Shown piece after piece: positions 21,780 to 23,806 of a DNA stretch of 23,806 nt. A model generated the notes under the pieces. That model had not been told where the DNA came from and did not search any database. It worked only from the letters and a program-made list of their open reading frames with translations. The stretch is from Ginkgo biloba (Eukaryota; Plantae; Ginkgophyta). Each line of letters begins with the position of its first letter. The first letter of the stretch is position 1. The position numbers and the translations under genes were made by a program. The stretch spans positions 228,063,976 to 228,087,781 of the forward strand of contig JANKJI020000002.1 of NCBI GenBank assembly GCA_024626585.2. The letters run 5' to 3'.

Positions 21780-22300
21780 GACTTTGATGGGGCCTATGAA
21801 TTAATCTATAAGTATTACATTAGATAACTCCTCCCAAAATTCCTTTACCTTCCTAACATTTTCTTAAAGTCTAATATTTTTATCCAAACACTCTTTGATA
21901 AGGGGTATGCATATTTAGTGATTCTTGAGAGATACTATTTTCATCTTAATTTGCAAGATATTATGTCTTAAATTTATCTCTTCAATATGCCCATTAAATT
22001 GCCAATTTGATATGTATTATAATTTTTGGGTTCTTATTTAGGGAAGAGAGATTAGCAATAGATTGAGAGGGATCAAAATATAATGTTTAACATATTATAT
22101 GTTATAAGTGAACAATTCCTCAGAGTATTATTCAGGTAGAGTTTGATGCCCAACCTCTCCATGTTAAGACTTCCTTTAGGCTTATTACTTACCTATACAA
22201 TATATATGACATGGCGAAATAAACTCTAAGTAGATATAGATACCCATTTCTAGCCTTCCATTCTTTAGAAGGACTAGTGACCCTTAATTAGAAGGCTAAA
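21780..22300 (-). pseudogene. Second, more decayed LINE ORF1-like (DUF4283-like) remnant
   Basis: Fragments occur in expected order across frameshifts: HIFV*V...EVLTWRGW (cf. VLxxGPW), YFDPSQS (cf. FDP), YQIGNLMG (cf. IGNxLG), YLSRI...YPLSKSVWIK. Confidence 0.4.
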
Positions 22301-23806
22301 AAATAGGGTTTCTTATTCGAATTTTTCCTCTTTCTTGCAAACTATGGAAATCTCCATGGATCTCATTTTTTCCTATAGATTTTTTCTATATATATCTCCT
22401 CATCTTCTCCCTACTAAGAAGGATATCATTAGGGCCATCAAGGATGACATCCTTAGGAGTTTCATTCACATCACCTAAATCTCACCTTCACATTCTCTCA
22501 ACACCAAACTTATATTTGATTTGAAATATTTTATTTATATCTTAGATGGGACTGTAATTCAACTAGATTATCTTTAACATCATTGGTCTCATGATCTCAG
22601 GTTCTTCCTTAGCCAACTTAAAGTTTGTTCACATAAGTTATGTATGAAGATGGACCACCATGTTCCTAGGGATAAATATATATGAAAAATTTATTCTCTT
22701 ATAGATATTAATATAGAGGAATACCTTATTTTTTTGTTCCCAAGTTACCACAAGATCATAGGAAGATACTACTATATTTTTTAATATGGAGGAGGTTCAT
22801 TGACGACCTTATTCAAATTCTAGGACCACAGATGTTTGACCTTAATTATCACAGAGATTATTATTCTTAGGAGGTCATTATTTTAAATTCAATCTAGTTG
22901 TGGTTCTACCTAGTTGATCACCTCCTTCTTTAAGCCTACCCCAAGGGGGACTAGCCCCAAGTGCCCCTTATCATTATTAGATCAACAAGAGGTATATAGA
23001 TTGACCATACATTTTCATTTATCATAGACCATGAGATAACCAATATAAACCTATAGTTCTTGCATCCTTTTTTATAGGGATGCAATATCTATACATTCTA
23101 TGCCCCTAGCCAGAGGGTATATTACTATTTTCTTCACTTTGAGTAGGACACCATCGTCCTTTAGTGATAGGAGAGATTTATTTTTTAGCATGCTATGCCC
23201 TATGGGAGAGATTTATTGGATATATAAAACCCCTCCCCAGATGATATTCTCAGAGAAGTTCTAAAATATATAATGGTAGACATTTCTTGATGGATGAGCT
23301 CTATTATTATTCCCCAATAGGTGTTCTTAGAGATATTATGGTATAGATTTTTCTTAATAGATGATCTCCACTATTTTTCTCCATTTGATAGAGATCTTAT
23401 TTATGGGGGCTACTTCTCTTTTCTACACCATACTTTGAACTCTATTTACCACTCCTTATTTCTGCAACACATGTCTCCATAGAACTTAGGGTCACCACTA
23501 TTATAATTTGTATCTTTTATATTTTATATTTTGTACCTTCAATATTTTAGTTTAGGTATTGGATTATCTATGTGTGCTCCCTTTGCCTATATTACATGAT
23601 GCATGTTTTCATCCCTTTGACCATTTTTGGTCACTTATGTATATTAATATAATTTCTTTCTTATGGCCCATTGAATGATAAACTATACTCTTTAGTCTCC
23701 TCTCTGATCTAATCATCAAGTGAAAATGACATGTGAGATACCCTTTTTTTAATTTTATATGGTTGAAGTTTTCCATTTTAAAATGAAAAAGGGTGTCCTA
23801 ATTTTA

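Noticed and set aside
1543-21804. Remaining short track ORFs (e.g. 1543, 2795, 3861, 4259, 5128, 7737, 16185, 17332, 19015, 19984, 21103, 21514, and those spanning N runs) as genes
   Set aside because: They are 60-100 aa, low-complexity F/I/L-rich, and either antisense shadows of decayed elements or gap artefacts, with no motifs or splice support.
23060-23085. Hairpin TTGCATCC...GGATGCAA as a terminator or miRNA stem
   Set aside because: An 8-bp stem is too short and plausible by chance in 24 kb.
1-23806. Hammerhead ribozyme/retrozyme or 5S-bearing Cassandra TRIM
   Set aside because: By eye I found no CTGANGA...GAAA core with pairing stems and no 5S-like boxes. An Infernal/Rfam scan would be decisive.

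Overview
AT-rich, CpG-depleted eukaryotic repeat DNA from a draft scaffold with five 100-N gaps. It is most consistent with a large plant genome; a gymnosperm origin is my inference from element style. I see no intact host gene, rRNA, true tRNA or CRISPR array. The window is a nested set of decayed retroelements: a Ty1/copia RT-RNase H end with PPT and 3' LTR beside a Ty3/gypsy gag-protease remnant, a Tat-type LTR end with an Arg-type PBS, two Tat/Ogre-type integrase C-termini, a TSD-flanked LTR containing a younger CpG-rich LTR, LINE ORF1-like remnants, and two related tRNA-derived SINEs with TSDs. The main find is two strongly diverged but colinear copies of a roughly 900-1000 codon ORF that I cannot assign to any family (minus ~5500-8889, plus 11316-~14127). 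Homology covers an N-terminal domain, a C-terminal helical/coiled-coil region and the downstream non-coding blocks. One copy lies antisense to and converges on a Tat/Athila-type integrase end, suggesting a conserved antisense accessory module of a non-chromovirus gypsy lineage. All translations and alignments were done by eye, and joins across the gaps are uncertain.
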